A stretch of 64,000 nt of DNA from Octopus vulgaris. Its lineage: Eukaryota. A model generated the notes under the pieces. That model searched no databases, was not told the origin of the DNA, and worked only from the letters and a program-made list of their open reading frames with translations. Made by a program: the position numbers and the translations under genes. Positions 50,244-62,099 of this stretch are shown here, one piece after another; positions within the stretch are counted from its first letter, which is position 1; every line of letters begins with the position of its first letter. The stretch covers positions 15,624,001 to 15,688,000 of the forward strand of contig OX597835.1 in assembly GCA_951406725.2 (NCBI GenBank), in the 5' to 3' direction.

Positions 50244-50400
50244 TGAGTGGCCGAAGTAGTGCATATGGTGATGGAGCTCATGAAAGTACTGCCACTGGAG
50301 CTCGAAGTGAAACAAGTAGTGTAGGTGTACCCAGTGGATCCATGCCACCTGAACTTGGAGAAGTTTTGGATACTGAGACTGATCACGATACCACTTACAG
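50244..50400 (+). CDS. UBR4: UBR4 exon 28 (SGRSSAYGD...TTYR)
   Basis: AG/GT, phase 1/2, conserved SGRSSAYGD. Confidence 0.93.
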
Positions 50401-50572
50401 GTAGGTACTCCACGATCAGTTACATTGTGTAACAGGATTTTTGTCCTTTGATAGCAACTGTTATTTCCTGTTTGCTTTACCCCCTCCAAAGTATGGGAAA
50501 TAAAACTATTTCTATGAAGATCTCTCGAATAATCTAAAGAACCAGTCTTCGGTGATGCAGTGCCACTAATCA

Positions 50573-50932
50573 TCTCTATATATATAAATGGCAAAATGTC
50601 TGTGTGCGTGTCCTTTATATAAATCCAGTTTTTCAGTTAGAGAGCTCGCACTTTCTATGGTCATTCAAAACCGCCCAAGGGTGGTCGTGCACATCTTTAC
50701 GTTTCCCCGGTCACCCCACAAAGCCATTAAAAAATCAATAGAGGTGACTTTTTTGTGAATTTTCTATCCAAAACCCAATCAAAATGCCCGAAACTTGATA
50801 CACCAATTGAATGCCAGCTAGCTGTATGTGATTGGTCGGAGATTTGGACAGTACTCGTGCGTATGTGCGCACGCACACAGCTGTATATGCACGCTAGCAC
50901 TATGACCTGGCAACGCCGGGTCATAGTGCTAG
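50573..50932 (+). mobile_element. Non-autonomous Helitron
   Basis: A|TCTCTATATATATAAA start, terminal hairpin and CTAG|T end. Confidence 0.8.
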
Positions 50933-51095
50933 TAATAGTTATTTTGTTAGGTGAAATATTCCCATTGGATTTTTAAAAAATTATTTTGTGCATCTAAACT
51001 TTAAGACTTTCAATTTGCAAAGTATTTCTTTTTAAAAACTTTTGCTTTAGGATTTTTTACATTTGATGTGTTTTTGTTTTACTTTTTATTTTAAG

Positions 51096-51192
51096 GTTAC
51101 ATTCTCTTCGTTTGATGTTGATGGAACAACTTATGCAGCATTTCCATGAGCTACGGGAAGTTGGTGGTGTCCGAGCAATTCCATTTATGCAG
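51096..51192 (+). CDS. UBR4: UBR4 exon 29 (LHSLRLMLME...GGVRAIPFMQ)
   Basis: AG/GT, phase 2/0. Confidence 0.95.
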
Positions 51193-51720
51193 GTACAGTA
51201 GGGTTTTCTTTTTTTTTGTCGTCATCATCATCATCATCATCGTTTAGCGTCCGCTTTCCATGCTAGCATGGGTTGGATGGTTCAACTGGGGTCTGGGAAG
51301 CCAGAAGGCTGCACCAGGCCCAGTTTGATCTGGCAATGTTTCTATGGCTGGATGCCCTTCCTAATGCCAACCACTCCGTGAGTGTAGTGGGTGCTTTTTA
51401 CGTGCCAGACAAGTCTGGCAAACGGCTACGATCGGATGGTGCTTTTTACATGCCACCGGCACAGGGGCCAGGCGAGGCTGGCAACAGCCACGAACGGATG
51501 GTGCTTTTTACGTGCCTTAAACACTTTTGATACCAACCCACCTAAGACTGCTTCCTTTCTGTGATAGTTTCCGTCTACAAAATCCACTCACAAGGCTTGA
51601 AGTTATAGTAAAAGACACTTATCCAAGGTGCCATGCAGTGGGACTGGACCTGGAACCATATGGTTGGTAAGCAAGCTACTTACCACACAGCCACTCCATA
51701 TGCCTACAAAGGTAATGGAA

Positions 51721-51825
51721 TGCTTACAACACCTAGGTTTCCCAAGTGGTCACCCATCAAAGTACTAACTAGGCTCGATGTTGCTTAACTTCGGTGATCG
51801 GACGAGAACCGGCGCTTGCAATGTG
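51721..51825 (-). pseudogene. 5S rRNA pseudogene, 5'-truncated
   Basis: Minus strand reads CCGGTTCTCGTCCGATCACCGAAGTTAAGCAAC.TCGAGCCTAGTTAGTACTT.GATGGGTGACC.CTTGGGAA, a molluscan 5S-like sequence; about 14 5' nt missing. Confidence 0.88.
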
Positions 51826-51984
51826 TAGCATTCTTGTGGCAATAGACTCGTTTTCATTTGTTTCCTTCACAGTATCTCATTGTTGTTTCACTCTTTACTC
51901 TGAATATTTTCTTTGGAAGTAAATTTTTCAAATCTGAATTGAATTTTTATATATTATTTGATTATTTTTGTATCTCATTTCTAG

Positions 51985-52092
51985 GTTGTTCTTATTCTCA
52001 CGGCTGATCTTGATAATGAGGAAGAGAAAGACCGTGCTGCTTTAGACAGCTTATTGACCACTATGCTGAAAGAAATGAATTTCCCAGGAAAA
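51985..52092 (+). CDS. UBR4: UBR4 exon 30 (VVLILTADLDNEEEKDRAALDSLL...)
   Basis: AG/GT, conserved peptide. Confidence 0.94.
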
Positions 52093-53406
52093 GTAATTTT
52101 TTTTTTTTATATATCACGTACATAAATATAATATATAAAATTATACTTATATAATTTTCTATACTATATATACACAGCATGAATGAGAAGTAATGAAATG
52201 AATTTCAATGTCTTAAGGCAATTTAAGGCAGTAAGCTGGCATGCCAGGCAAAATACTCAACGGGAGTTCAAATTCAGTTAAAGTCCACGTTGCCTTTCTT
52301 TCTTTCGGGGTCAACAAAATGAGTACCTGTTGAACACTGGGGTTGATGTAATCGACTTGCCCCTTCCTCCAAAATTACTGGTTTTGAACCAGAATTTGAA
52401 GCCGGTATCTTAATGCAATTAAGTGTGATAAAGAACTTTACAAAAATATGAACCTATTACTTCTGCATGTTCGATGCTAGTCACATTGAGGTGGGGAACT
52501 ATTGACTGCATCCACCTAGGGAGGGAGATTGGATGTGTTTTCTCTGAAGAGTGATCAAGAAATTGTGTAAATCTTTATTTCAGTACTTCTAATATAATTT
52601 TCTCTTTATATGTTCAGAATTGTTTGTCTCATAAGTGATTAGATCTGAGATCATGTGTTGAAATTAAAACAATCACAGCATTGAAAACACATAATCAGCT
52701 TTTCAAAAAAAAAAAAAAATAAATAAAAGCTGTTAATTTCACTTAAACTTTTAATCTACTTCTGCTTTTGCTCAAGAGATTGAAGTGTGGAATATATAAA
52801 TTAGTCCTTCAGAAACACACAAACCCATCAACTTAAACATTTATTTGTAATACGGTGCTAAAATGTTTGTTGCTTGAAACTGCAACTCGTCTACCAACAA
52901 AAATATTCTGCATTCCAGCTTCAGCGTGTGATCTCCAATCCAAACACTTGCTATGCAAATACATCTCTGTACTTTTGCTCAGTCATATCTCAACTCTTTA
53001 ACATTCAGATTATTCTGTTGAATCTAATGCTTATTCATTCATATTGTTTTGAATTCATCATGCATTATTTCACTGCTTGAAAATTTCAGTGGTGAGAATG
53101 ACATCATAGAGCCAGTGTAAGAGGCTGGATCTGGCTGGGTTTAACATAAAATAGATTGAATATTTGGGGCTGGATATGGTTGGTTTCAATGTTAAAGGGT
53201 TAATAAAAAAAAGCTTATGTCGCATATGAAACAAATACTTTTTATTTCATTTGCACAAAAAAAAAAAAAAAATTCCTGAAATTTTCTCATTTTTTTTCTT
53301 GTTTTCTGATTCATGTTTTATGTGACCCCTTTTTTGTTCCAGACTATTTCATTCTCAGCTTAGTAAGCTCTCCACCTGTCCGTGGACATTTCTTTCTAAT
53401 TTGCAG

Positions 53407-53520
53407 GAACTGGATCACATTTCTGAAAGATCAAAATACCATGAAGTGAAGCTAGCCTTATTAAGACTTTTCAGTGTCTTGCTGTCTCGCACCAAAGCTG
53501 GCACTCGATCAACGTCTGAG
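53407..53520 (+). CDS. UBR4: UBR4 exon 31 (ERSKYHEVKLALLRLFSVLLSRTK...)
   Basis: Branch-like CTAAT, AG/GT, conserved peptide. Confidence 0.94.
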
Positions 53521-53624
53521 GTAACGAATCTCTACTCCTTCTCTTTAGACATTACTCGTTAGCATATCAGTTTAACTCTACATTTCATTCCATCTAATCC
53601 ACCACCATCATCAAGCTTTTAGTG

Positions 53625-54045
53625 TTGGTATGGCAAGCTGGCAGAATCGTTAGCACGCCAGGTGAAATGCTTAGCGGTATTTCATCTGCCGCTACGTTCT
53701 GAGTTCAAATTCCGCCGAGGTCGACTTTGCCTTTCATCCTTTCAGGGTCGATTAAATAAGTACCAGTTACGCACTGGGGGCGATATAATCGACTTAATAC
53801 CTATGTCTGTCCTTGTTTGTCCCCTCTATGTTTAGCCCCTTGTGGGTAATAAAGAAATAGGTATTTCATCTGCCGCTACGTTCTGAGTTCAAATTCCACC
53901 GAGGTCGACTTTGCCTTTCATCCTTTCAGGGTCGATTAAATAAGTACCAGTTATGCACTGGGGTCGATATAATCGACTTAATCCCTTTGTCTGTCCTTGT
54001 TTGTCCTCTCTGTGTTTAGCCCCTTTAGGGCAGTAAAGAAATAGG
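53625..54045 (+). mobile_element. SINE family 3 with tandem duplication of its 3' ~185 bp
   Basis: GGTATTTCATCTGCCGCTACGTTCTGAGTTCAAATTCC...AAAGAAATAGGTAT occurs twice. Confidence 0.85.
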
Positions 54046-54594
54046 TATGGCTGTATGGTTAAGAAGCTCCCTTTACAACTGCAGGCTTTCAGGCTCAATC
54101 CCATTGTACTGCACCTTTGGGCGAGTGTCTTCAGCTGTAACTCTGGGTCCAGGTCAACCAATGCTTTGTGAGTAAATTTGGTTGATAGAAAATGTGTGGA
54201 AGCCCACTGTGTGTGTGTGTGTGTGTGTCTTTGTCCTCAATCACTGCTTGACAACCAGTACTGGTTTATGTATGTGCCCATAACTTAGTGATTCAGTAAA
54301 AAGTCACCAATAGAATAAGTACCAACCTTTTAAAAAAAGTAAGTACCGGGGTACCTTTTATTTTCAATCTTCCCAGAAAACATGTCTGGCCATGGAGAAA
54401 ATATTACTTTGCTTGGAAACAGGTGTAAAGGTTGGCAACTGAAGGACCATCCATCCTCAACAAATTCTGCCTGACCCCATGTGACCATGGAAAAGTGAAC
54501 ATTTGAATGATGGTTGTGATGATGATGATGATGACAGCTGTATTCTGTGAATTTTTTTTTGACTAAACTCTTTGCCTTTTTTTCATCCTTTCAG

Positions 54595-54711
54595 AACTCA
54601 TTCATAAACCTTAATGCAGCAAGTGCCTTGTTAGCTTGTGGAGCAATAGACTACTGTTTGACTGCCCTCCATAACTTGTTACCTTATTGGAAGCAATACA
54701 ATGGAGATGAG
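54595..54711 (+). CDS. UBR4: UBR4 exon 32 (ALLACGAIDYCL...YWKQ)
   Basis: AG/GT, conserved peptide. Confidence 0.94.
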
Positions 54712-54917
54712 GTAAAAACTATAAACTTTCTTATCTTGGTTTCTATAATATCATTAACCCCTTTTTTTTTTTTTTTTTTTAAATAATAAATTTTTAATTA
54801 TTAAAATTGTAAAATGTTTAAGGAATTATTGTGTGTGAAATTAATTAAATTTTTGATAGTATTTATTAACACTCTGTTAATGAAAGAAGAAATATACGAT
54901 ATAGTTAAAGCTAATTT

Positions 54918-55151
54918 AACGGCGGCGAGCTGGCAGAACTGTTAGCATGCCGGGCGAAATGCGTAGCAGTATTTCGTCTGCCGTTACATTCTGAGTTCAA
55001 ATTCCGCCGAGGTCGACTTTGCCTATCATCCTTTCGGGGTCGATAAATTAAGTACCAGTTACGCACTGGGGTTGATGTAATCGACTTAATTCATTTGTCT
55101 GTCCTTGTTTGTCCCCTCTATGTTTAGCCCCTTGTGGGTAATAAAGAAACA
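54918..55151 (+). mobile_element. SINE family 3 (Meta-domain-like core), young copy with 20-bp TSD
   Basis: GATATAGTTAAAGCTAATTT at 54898-54917 and 55152-55171; older copies near 14920, 21385, 39313, 45000, 46203, 52226. Confidence 0.88.
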
Positions 55152-55623
55152 GATATAGTTAAAGCTAATTTTAGCGTAATGTCAGTTTTTGTCTCTGTTG
55201 AAGGACAGTAACATTTATATTCAATGCATTTAAATTTATTCTTTTAGTTTTGAGGGGTTTTTTTTAATATTCATTATATCTGTGGCAGAGAAATGCAAAT
55301 TATATTTAAATGGCCATCTGTATATCATACTTAATGTATACACATTGTTGATAGGCCAGTTCCTGCAGTATTTTTCCTGAGATAGCATCTGTTATGGAGT
55401 TACTGTATTAAAAACACACTAAATATTAATGAGAGATGAAAATTCATTGCAGTAGTGGCTAGCAAGAACACCAGAGGCATTTTGGCCTTTTCACTTTCAT
55501 TCTACGTGTTTGCGTGCCCATTTGAGAACTTTTAGTTGGCATAAATCAGTCTATTCTAAATTTAACTGTAATCATTTTAGTTTGTTTTTGAAAGAATCTG
55601 GAGGTATTTTGTAGATATGCTTC

Positions 55624-55807
55624 TTATATTTCACAGGTCTTTGAAAGCACAGAGTAACTGGTTGTAATGTTAACTACTCATGTCAACATGAACACTGCTT
55701 CACCTGAAACAGTAACATATTTTCATTGTCACCATTTTAGTGAAGCAGCAGTCATATTGACATTATGACCAGTTGCCTTGTGCTTTTTGAGGACTTATGG
55801 TATATAA
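55624..55807 (+). repeat. Long imperfect fold-back (about 184 nt)
   Basis: Arms pair over about 75 bp, mismatches mostly G-U. Confidence 0.85.
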
Positions 55808-56490
55808 AAGTCTTTTATCTGAAATCGGGTAAAGGAAGTGACAGCAAGAGCATCTTGCCATAAAATCTTATCTCTAAATCAATTCACACCCAAACTATTC
55901 TAGCATGGGTGGGGTGGAATGTTAAATGACTGAATGAATGTAGAATACTTCTATGAACAAATTTGCCTTCCTCTTATGTTTATGTGAGCTGTAAATAATC
56001 TTATTAGAACTACTTTATACAAGCTTTAATATAGAGAATAACAGAAAATTATATATTAGATCAATACTGAAGCCAGTGCTGCCTCGACTGGCTTCCGTGC
56101 CGGTGGCATGTAAAATGCACCAATCCGACCGTGGCCGATGCCAGCCTCGCCTGGCACCAGTGCAGGTAGCACGTAAAAAGCACCCACTACACTCACGGAG
56201 TGGTTGGCGTTAGGAAGGGCATCCAGCTGTAGAAACACTGCCAGATCAGACTGGAGCCTGGTGCAGCCTTCTGGCTTCCCAGACCCCAGTTGAACTGTCC
56301 AACCCATGCTAGCGTGGAAAACGGACGTTTATATTTTTTAAACCACAAAGTATTTAATGATTTCAGTATATATATACTCATTCTAGTGGTGTGTGATGCA
56401 ATCATTTATTGAAAGGAGGAAAACGGCGATCATGTTTTTTTATATTGGCACTTTACAATATTTAATTTGTTTTTTTCTGTTTTACCTCAG

Positions 56491-56658
56491 GATGAAGGAT
56501 CTAATCTCCCAGGCCAACTTTTGAAACCCCACCCAATGTGGCCACCACCTGACATGACACCTTTCTTCCTGAGACCATATGTCAAAGGTCATGCTAATGA
56601 TGTCTTTGAGGATTATCCCCAGTTGTTAACTGAAATGGTTCTCAGACTTCCTTATCAG
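56491..56658 (+). CDS. UBR4: UBR4 exon 33 (LLKPH...PPDMTPFFLRPYVKGHANDVFE...LRLPYQ)
   Basis: AG/GT, strongly conserved peptide. Confidence 0.96.
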
Positions 56659-57225
56659 GTATTTCAATAATTTACTAATTCTAGTTTGCAGAAACTTTTG
56701 TATCATTTAAAAAACAATAGTTGTTTTAATAATTTGTCAGTTTGAAACCACTACATATCGAGATGAGAAGTAAATGACCAACTAGCGAAAATTTTTGGTA
56801 TTCCTTCATTAAACAAGCTGAACAGATCAACATTATTAGATCAGTCTTCTTTTTTTTTTTAATCACAATTCAGTCACTTCTACACAATAAGTTTACTGCT
56901 TCTAAATTGTTGACTGGTTTCATTCCAAGTCTGTCTTTGAAAAAAGCCTTAACTTTTAGTAGATCATTTGACAAGTTCACAGTGCACTGCCAAATAAGTA
57001 AAATAACAAATGCTTCTTTCATCAAAAGATCGCATTCACCCTAACCAAAAGTAACCACCCCATACAATCACCAAACATCTCCACAACTTTACACTGTCCA
57101 AGTTAACCCTATTCACCTATACAAACCGTCCAGTGGATGGTGGTGGGTGGGGATCGTTTGTTAGTAAATTAATAATTATTCATTTTGAAGCAATTTTTAT
57201 TTATCTATGTTATTTTATTTTTTAG

Positions 57226-57303
57226 TTGAAAAAGATTGCTGATTCAAATACCGGAATTCCAACACCTGTATTTGAAGATGGTTGGTTCAGTATACTTTCA
57301 GAA
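57226..57303 (+). CDS. UBR4: UBR4 exon 34 (LKKIADSNTGIPTPVFEDGWFSILSE)
   Basis: AG/GTGAGT, conserved peptide. Confidence 0.94.
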
Positions 57304-58144
57304 GTGAGTATTTTTTTTTTTTTTTTGTGTCAATAAATTTTGGAGTGTAATAGTAGTACATTGGAGAGAGAAAAAATATTCATGCTTGTTTTATTTAAAA
57401 AATAATTATCTTGGATAATTAGAGAATAATTGATTATAAAAATTGTTTCAGAAATACGTACCATGTCCATCTCCGAAATGAAAAAAAAGCACCATCCGAT
57501 TGTGGCCGTTTGCCAGCCTCATCTGGCACCTGTGCCGGTGACACGTAAAAAGCACCCACTACACTCACGGAGTGGTTGGCATTAGGAAGGGCATCCAGCT
57601 GTAGAAACACTGCCAGATCAGACTGGGCCTGGCGCAGCCTTCTGGCTTCCCAGACCTCAGTTGAACCGTCCAACCCATGCTAGCATGGAAAGCAGACGTT
57701 AAATGAGGATGATTATGATATTGTTTACATCCATAAGAATTAAGCAGCCCTGAGAGACAAACTTTTTTTTTTTTAACGGTTGAACTTGAAGTAGATAAAG
57801 CTATAAATCCTTTTTTGATTACATTGCCCCCAGTGTTCAACTGCTGCTTGTTTTATTGACTCCAAAGGGACGAAAAACAAAGCCAACCTAAAAGCATGTA
57901 AATATTGTTTTAAAAAATCCATTTGGATAAAAAAATATCAGATACCTGTGTGATTTGTTGTATCCAAAGGGATTTTTAATCTTATATTTACATGCTATTA
58001 TTTAAAGGTTTATCTACTAAAAATATGTATTTATTGCCTTTATATATGCAGATTATTTTTAGCTAGACTAGACTATGCTCTCTCTAGTATTTCATTTCAG
58101 TTCACTGATAAAGCAACCATAACCAAATCCTGTTTTTATTTTAT

Positions 58145-58319
58145 TTTTCTGAATGCAGAGATTAGACCAGATATGGAAAAAATCAATAACTTATCATTTG
58201 TTTCTTGACTGTTTTTCTGTTTTAGCATGGTTGAGGATGGGAAATTATTTGAAGAATAAAACAATTTATTGATTTTTTTTTCCCCTTCTATTTTTAGTGT
58301 AATCTCTGCATTCAGAAAA
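58145..58319. repeat. Fold-back with perfect 20-bp outer stem and 13-bp inner stem
   Basis: TTTTCTGAATGCAGAGATTA/TAATCTCTGCATTCAGAAAA; AAAAAATCAATAA/TTATTGATTTTTT. Confidence 0.85.
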
Positions 58320-59491
58320 TCAAAGCTAGAACTTTTTTTTATTTTATTTACTCATATCCACACAGACCATTTGTTGAGTTCTGTGTCAACAAATGCTTTT
58401 CAAATTCCTCTGGAATAATGAAAAGAAAAAAGAAAAAATAGTCCCGTACTTGATAAACAAGTAAGGGCTGGTAGTGTGACGAGCATCTGACCTAAAACTC
58501 CTATTTCAACTATCTCCCCACCTCCACCCAGCCTAAGCCATGCTACCATGGAAACCAATGTTAAATGAATGAATGAACACATTAGGTGCCTATGGAAACT
58601 ACGAGCTTCTGTTTTGCCTTTGATTCATGTGTATCAGATAAATGAGAGAGATCTAGAGAATATAAATGTTTGACTAATATTTTACAATATACACGCGGCG
58701 TTAAGAAGGGCATCCAGGCGTTAGGAAGGGCATCCAACTGTAGAAACACTGCCAGATCTGACTGGCCTGATGAAGCCTTCTGGCTTCACAGACCCCAGTT
58801 GAACCGACCAACCCATGCTAGCATGGAAAGTGGACATTAAACGATGATGATGATGATGATGACACATGAAACTTGAAATTTCAGCCAAATAATATACAAT
58901 TCTAAACCAAGGCAACACATGTTGAACTTAAGTCCATACAAAAAAAAAAAAACAAAAAAAAAAAAGGAAAAACCCAATCGTCAGTCTTGGAGACAATCTC
59001 AGAAATATCAAAAATATCTCTCTCCTACTCTTTACCTTTTGCCACCTATTACAAGCCACCTCCCTGGGCTTCCATCCACCTTCACCCCCACTTAATCAAG
59101 GGGTTTTGCCTTGTGAGCTACTTTGTGACACAAAAGAAGCACCCAGTCAACTCTGTAGAGTGGTTGGCATTAGGAAGGACATCCAGCCATAGAAACCATC
59201 ATCAAAGCAGATAGAGGAGCTCAACACAGTCCTTTGACTGGTTGGATCTTGTCAAACCATCCAATCCTTGCCAGTATGGAATACAGATGCTAAATGATGA
59301 TGATCTCACCAGTTCTTCAGCATCTCTGCATTAATGCTGTGATGCTACATTACAGCTATTTTTATCTAGTGGGAGGGAAGATGAATGATCATGAGTCTGT
59401 TTGGTCTGGACTGTCTTGAGATTAAACAGCAATAAAGACCTATTCCAAACAAAGAATTAATATCTACTGCAAAAACATAGCCAAAGAATTT

Positions 59492-60130
59492 GGATCTTTT
59501 CAGTTTGAACGGCAGTTTTTAAAAATAATTTCCACAAAAGCACCAACCGATCGTGGCCGATGGCAGACCCCCCTGGCACCTGTGCAGGTGGCACGTAAAA
59601 AGCACCCACTACACTTGCGGAGTGGTTGGCGTTAGGAAGGGCATCCAGCTGTAGAAACACTGCCAGATCAGACTGGAGCCTGGTGCAGCCCTGGCTTCCC
59701 AGACCCCAGTCGAACTGTCCAACCCATGCTAGCACGGAAAACGGACGTTAAACGATGATGATGATGTAACTAAACACTTTTAAACTTCGTATACTGGTAG
59801 AATGTGTTTATAAAACATCTTTTTCTCTTGGTTTTATTGAGAAAATTCTATAGTTTGTAAGATATTTCTTGTTTTTTTCTTCTTCAATTTCTGCAATGTC
59901 AACCAATCAATGACGTCTATTGGGGTGAAAACATTCTGTGCCATATGAATATGTCCCTCGTTTAAGAAACAGATTGGGTTTATTTACATTTCTGAAGAAG
60001 AAAGATACCCTTCCCCCCACCCCTAACCCTAACACAGACTGAAATGCAATAGATCGATACTAGGGTCGTAATTATGGGTGACAATTTCATATGACACCTA
60101 GAAAAACTGCTGTTCAAACCGAAAAGATCC
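59492..60130. mobile_element. Merlin-like non-autonomous DNA transposon interrupted by an RTE tail (about 59535-59765)
   Basis: 29-bp TIR GGATCTTTTC.GTTTGAAC.GCAGTTTTT, GG..CC ends, 8-bp TSD AAGAATTT/AAGAGTTT. Confidence 0.7.
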
Positions 60131-60782
60131 AAGAGTTTTTTATGACTTTCCTAAAAACTACAGTTAGAAATTAGCCATTCAAACTGTCTGACATTCCATT
60201 TAGTTATCACTTCTCTTAACTTTGCAGTAAATGAGGATCTTTAAAGTCCTCTTGAGATTTATTCTTGCCTAAAACCATTGTCTGCTTCCCTATAGATTAT
60301 ATACACAAATGTGGAGGCACAATGGCCCAGTGGTTAGGGCAGCAGACTGGTGGTCATAGGATTGCAGTTTCGATTCTCAGACTGGGCGTTGTATTTATTG
60401 AGCGAACCCTGCTGTACTCTTTCACCACATCTTTCTTTCTTTCTTCCTGTTTCTGTTGTACCTGTACTTCAGAGGGCCAGCCTTGTCACACTCTGTGTCA
60501 TGCTAAATCTCTGAGAACTACGTTAAGAGTACACGTGTCTGTGGAGTGCTCAGCCACTTGCACGTTAATTTCACAAGCAGGCTGTCCTGTTGATCGGATC
60601 AACTGGGACCCTCGTCGTCGTAACCGACGGCGTGCCACAATATACAGAAATACATGCACACACTTCACACACAACAAACTACCCAGTTCCCAGAGATCTA
60701 TATTGAACACTGTTTCCACTCATGAATTCATAAACCTATACATAGTGTGTGTATCTGCACTTCCTTCTAAGTTTAATTGTAC

Positions 60783-60815
<33 letters not shown>

Positions 60816-60896
60816 GAATGAGAAAATGAATATATATATTTGTAACTGTGTTTATAAAAGTTTGTTTTATATTGTCAACATTTTTCTTTCTTCCAG

Positions 60897-60944
60897 TACA
60901 TGATGACACCTCAAACACCTTATGTGAAGAGGCAAGTAAGAAAA
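60897..60944 (+). CDS. UBR4: UBR4 exon 35 (YMMTPQTPYVKRQVRK)
   Basis: AG/GTAAGC; matches QTPFVRRQVRK. Confidence 0.93.
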
Positions 60945-61618
60945 GTAAGCAAACATTTATCCTGGATTTCCTATTTACTTTCTTCTCTTACAAGCAATAC
61001 AATCACACATTTTATTGTCAAATAGCCCCACTTTTCAAATCCACACACCACCACTACTTTAACATTTGATTCCTAGACTCATAATCATATTGATCTGCAC
61101 TATAGTATTTCTTTATTTCTCTTAACCATACATCATTTTGAGGGTGGTGATGGTCATGCTTTCAAACCTCTCTCTCCAATCTTGGAGATCATTGGTGAGA
61201 ATGGTGTTTATTGGAAACGACTTTCAAAAATGCTGTACTGTAAATAAATCGAATTTGTGATAACCTGATGAAATACATATTAAAATATTGATGATGCTCA
61301 CATATACTACCCCCTCCACCTTTTCTTTTTTTTTTTACATCAATTTTTCAAAATTATTTGATTTTAATCAATTACAATGTTGAAGATGCATCATAGCCAT
61401 TCAAAAACACTCACGCACAAAAAAAAAAAACCTATTGACTTTAAGTTAATCCTTTATATAATAATTTGAATGTTCGTTGCACTTTCTGTGCAGTGTTCAC
61501 TGACACTTCTACTGCAACATTTTCGTTTTAAGAAGAAAAAAAAGAGAAAGATTTTTTTCTTTCTTTTCTCCTCTGTTTAAATGACATTAATTTCTCAATT
61601 TTCTTTTTGTTTATTTAG

Positions 61619-61795
61619 TTGCTACTTTTCATCTGTGGTTCAAAAGAGAAATATCGCCAACTACGTGACTTACATGCGCTTGAATCTCATCTGAAATCAG
61701 TTATGGAAATTTGCCATAAGAGTGGTTTAGATGTAACGGCTGCTGATATGTTCCTTGGCACCATTATTCTACCATACGATACTCTTCTCACAATG
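61619..61795 (+). CDS. UBR4: UBR4 exon 36 (LLLFICGSKEKYRQLRDLH...YDTLLTM)
   Basis: AG/GT, conserved peptide. Confidence 0.96.
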
Positions 61796-62099
61796 GTAAA
61801 TGTTCATGTTTTTCAAGTTGAATGGTTTTTATTTCTACATTATTATTCAAGAAGTTTTCTAGTTGAAAGCAAAAATTCAAAATGACTAATACAAATGGAA
61901 TATTTGCTAATAAATATGTAGGTCCTTCTCCTCTGACTATATTGAGTTTTTTTTTTTATTCTTGTTTTGTTAAAGAGAAGAGGAGAACTGGCTGTTGTTA
62001 CTTATTTCGCTAAGGATTAAGTTAATTGAGAGTTAATTAATGAAATGCAAACAAATAAGATGAATTTATAAATTTTAAAAGTACAAACTCTGAACAGTC

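Noticed and set aside
53343-53362. 20-nt AG..GTAAG pseudo-microexon
   Set aside because: Frameshifting and leaves only a 44-nt downstream intron
60265-60903. 212-aa ORF, longest in the track
   Set aside because: Runs through a SINE-2 copy and an AT microsatellite
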